From NCBI GenBank assembly GCA_963792585.1, contig CAWBWI010000006.1:320001-384000 (forward strand): a stretch of 64,000 bases of DNA. Direction: 5' to 3'. Positions 61,457 through 64,000 of the stretch are shown here, in pieces. Below the pieces are notes generated by a model. It had not been told where the DNA came from and made no database searches. It was given only the letters and a program-made list of their open reading frames with translations. Numbering within the stretch: the first letter of the stretch is position 1; each line of letters begins with the position of its first letter. The stretch is from Candidatus Eiseniibacteriota bacterium (lineage in GTDB: Bacteria; Eisenbacteria; RBG-16-71-46; CAIMUX01; VGJL01). Both the position numbers and the translations under genes were made by a program.

Positions 61457-63577
61457 CTATCGAATCAGATCTCTCGGAGGCTCCTCGCCGGCCACGACGC
61501 GATCGATGTGCCGCCGGTAGTTGAGGATCGTGACGCTCTTGGGCGCCCGTTCGGCGGCGCGCGCGGCAGCCGCCTGGGCAGCGGTAAGCCCGTTCGGGAT
61601 CGGGGGACCGCCCCGCGTCGCCTCGCGCGCCTCGAGCGCCATCGCGAGGGCGTGGTAGTACATTCCATCCTTGTCGCCCCGGACCGAGCGTCCGAGCGAC
61701 TCGACGGCGTCGTCCCAACGGCCCAGGGATGCGCAGACCAGCCCGATGTAGTAGTCGTATTGAGGATCGGGCCGCAGCGCGATCGCGCGGCGGAACGCGT
61801 CGAGCGCCTCGTCGAGATTCCCTTGCCGAAACGCCGCGTACCCGAAGCCGGCCCACACTTCCGGATCGGGTGAGCGGATCGGAGCGAGCTTGCGATAGAG
61901 CTCGAGCGCGAGGGCGTAGTCATCGGCCTGCATGGCGAGCTTGGCCTTCAGGTCGAGCGCCATCCAGTTGTCCGGATCGAGGCGGAGCGCCTCATCGAAC
62001 TGCTCATGAGCCTCCCGGGTCCGACCGAGGGCGAGGAAGTTCGTGCCCAGCAGGATCCGCGTCCGCGCGTTCCGCGGATAGGTCCGAACGCTCTCCTCGT
62101 AGAGGGGAAGGGAGCGCTTCAGGTCCCCGCGATCGCGGAAGTACTTGGCCAGTTCCTCCGTCGCGTAGGCTCGCTGAAACGCCGGGAAGTCGGTCCGCAT
62201 CTCCGTGAAACGCTCGACGGAAGCCTCCCGCGTAGCGTTCACGGCAAACCACGGAAACGCGATCAGGAGAGCCACCCACGGTGCGGCGAACCGAATCGTC
62301 GGCAGGAGTTGATTCTTCTCCTCGACCGCGATCTCCCGCTCCCCCAGCCTCGCGGCGAGCCAGCAGAACCCCGCGACGTGGGGGGCGAAGATGTCCCAGT
62401 CTCGCGCGCTGCCCAGTTTGCGATCCAGGACGAGGAAGACCGCCGCGAAGCAGCCGAGTTGGATCAAGAGGAACGCGAACTCGGGTTCCCGCCAGCGGCG
62501 GCGCAGTTCACCGGCGCAGGCCGTCATCATCCACCCCGCCACCGGCGTGACGAGGAGCATCCAATTGACGAGGTCCTTCCAGTGACGGAAGGTCAACAGG
62601 CCATGGGTGCCGGTCAGCCCGACCAGCATCGAGCGCTGGTTCTTGCTCTCGAGGAACTCGTGGCGGAACCAGCCGGCATCGAAACCGGCCACGACGTGCG
62701 CGAGCAAACCGACGGCCGGGATGATCAGGGCGGGGAGCACGATGGCCGCTGCCCATCCGCCTCGCGCCGCCTTGCGCGGTCCCGGCTTCGCGATGAGCCA
62801 GACCAGCGCGGGCAGGGCCAGAACGGCCATCAGGTGGAAGAAGAGGGCGAGCCCGAAGAAGAACCCGGGCACCCACGGCCGCACCTCGCCCCGTAGCGCC
62901 ATCGCTCCGGACCAGAGGAACCCCATCATGGCCACGGCGAGGAAACCGTACGACTCGACATATCCGCAGAAGAGCAGCGTCGAGGCGGATAGGGTCCAGA
63001 GAAGGAAGATCAGTGTCCGTGTCTCGACGGAGAGCCTGCTGCGGCGCAACAGGAACAGCGCCGTGAAGACGCCGAAGGCGCCGGCGATCACACTCCCCCA
63101 CGCGTAGAGTCGGAACGATGCGCCCATGTCACCGACCTTGCCAAGGGCCTGGAGAGCGAGCCGGTGCAGCAGGTAGTCCATCCCGTCGTGCGCGCGAAAC
63201 TCCGCGCCCCGCCCCGCCAGCTCGCCGACCAGGACGCCGTCACCCAGCAGATGGGTCGGGGTCCTGAGGAGCACGAAGACCACCGTGAGGACCAGGGTCA
63301 CGACGACGGCCGGAATCCACGAGCGGCCGAAGAGCGCCCCTCCCACATGGCCGTAGGCGAAGCGGATGACGAGACGCCGCCAAGGCGGAATCAAGAGGAG
63401 CACCCAGCCGAGGATCGAGACGAACCACGCATAGCTCGGCAAGTAGGCGAGCAGGTGGATGCCCCAGCCGAGGGTCGGGGAGACGAAGCGCCCCACGATC
63501 GGCAGGAGCCCCAACGCGAGCAGGCCCACGACGAGCGCACGCCGACCCACGCTGGTTTCGCTTGCTGCCTCGACCAC
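61457..63577 (-). CDS. Multi-TM membrane protein (GT-C-like) with C-terminal TPRs
   Basis: LGDG, GYVESY, RDWD motifs in TM loops; several TPRs (ALRLDPDN, AIALRPD). Confidence 0.8.
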   Translation of the reverse strand: MVEAASETSVGRRALVVGLLALGLLPIVGRFVSPTLGWGIHLLAYLPSYAWFVSILGWVLLLIPPWRRLVIRFAYGHVGGALFGRSWIPAVVVTLVLTVVFVLLRTPTHLLGDGVLVGELAGRGAEFRAHDGMDYLLHRLALQALGKVGDMGASFRLYAWGSVIAGAFGVFTALFLLRRSRLSVETRTLIFLLWTLSASTLLFCGYVESYGFLAVAMMGFLWSGAMALRGEVRPWVPGFFFGLALFFHLMAVLALPALVWLIAKPGPRKAARGGWAAAIVLPALIIPAVGLLAHVVAGFDAGWFRHEFLESKNQRSMLVGLTGTHGLLTFRHWKDLVNWMLLVTPVAGWMMTACAGELRRRWREPEFAFLLIQLGCFAAVFLVLDRKLGSARDWDIFAPHVAGFCWLAARLGEREIAVEEKNQLLPTIRFAAPWVALLIAFPWFAVNATREASVERFTEMRTDFPAFQRAYATEELAKYFRDRGDLKRSLPLYEESVRTYPRNARTRILLGTNFLALGRTREAHEQFDEALRLDPDNWMALDLKAKLAMQADDYALALELYRKLAPIRSPDPEVWAGFGYAAFRQGNLDEALDAFRRAIALRPDPQYDYYIGLVCASLGRWDDAVESLGRSVRGDKDGMYYHALAMALEAREATRGGPPIPNGLTAAQAAAARAAERAPKSVTILNYRRHIDRVVAGEEPPRDLIR

Positions 63578-63625
63578 AAAGACCTCCGACCTGCCTCCGC
63601 TTCCCGCCGACTCACGCGCCCCGGA

Positions 63626-64000
63626 TTATGCCGAGACGGGCGCGATCCCCGCGAGTTGTTTCTCGAACCAGCGGATGTATTGCCGCTCCCCCGACGCGCG
63701 TCGGCGGATCGCCTCGCAGGCCGTCCGATGCAGGACACCGGCCGCACCCTCACGCAGTTCTCCCTTGGGGGTCGCGAGCGCTTCGGGGATCGTCAGGTAG
63801 ACGGGGGCGTAGTCGACCAGGATTCGATCACGGGCGAGCGAGTAGACGTCGCAGCTTCGCTCTCCCATCGGCACCAGGCCCCGCCCCTGGAGCAAGTGGA
63901 CGAGCTCGTGCGCGATCGTCTGGTAGCAGAGCCCTCGGGGATTGAGCCAGATCTCGGGTCCCTCGAGGCTTGCGTACCCCTGAGCCCCGCGCGCGATGCC
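63626..64000 (-). CDS. HExxH zincin-like protein, 5' truncated by window edge
   Basis: Frame is open to 64000: ...IWLNPRGLCYQTIAHELVHLLQ...GERSCD. Confidence 0.6.
   Translation of the reverse strand, partial: GIARGAQGYASLEGPEIWLNPRGLCYQTIAHELVHLLQGRGLVPMGERSCDVYSLARDRILVDYAPVYLTIPEALATPKGELREGAAGVLHRTACEAIRRRASGERQYIRWFEKQLAGIAPVSA

Overview
This is a high-GC bacterial chromosomal window. Secreted proteins with FlgD/T9SS-like C-terminal Ig domains and the overall gene content suggest an FCB-related candidate lineage such as Ca. Eisenbacteria, but that is inference only. Most of it is core or envelope genes: transketolase, hisS, guaB, tRNA(CAU)-tilS-hpt-ftsH-folP-cdaA, dinB, rseP, a TatT-associated TRAP transporter, a GldA/F/G-like ABC system and glycosyltransferases. 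Strongest sequence-level finds: (1) a complete 1372-bp IS (15685-17056) with 22-bp imperfect terminal inverted repeats, a perfect 9-bp target duplication (TAGATCGAA) and an IS1/IS1595-like transposase whose third catalytic residue seems to be N; (2) a three-gene operon (33340->29396) resembling a stripped-down chemosensory pathway (MCP-like remnant, kinase-less CheW-like/pseudo-receiver protein, receiver-GAF-HD-GYP with degenerate catalytic motifs), divergent from a perfect sigma54 promoter; (3) an uncharacterised DUF6754-type multi-membrane-protein module; (4) a heme-c-fused CydA plus CydA'-type bd-superfamily pair; (5) a degenerate HPRT in the tilS-ftsH operon; (6) a LiuR-like palindrome between the TRAP and ABC operons. 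Single-base frameshifts, including one in ftsH and very many at about 46.6-51.7 kb, most likely reflect assembly or sequencing errors. All family assignments come from motif recognition, not database searches.
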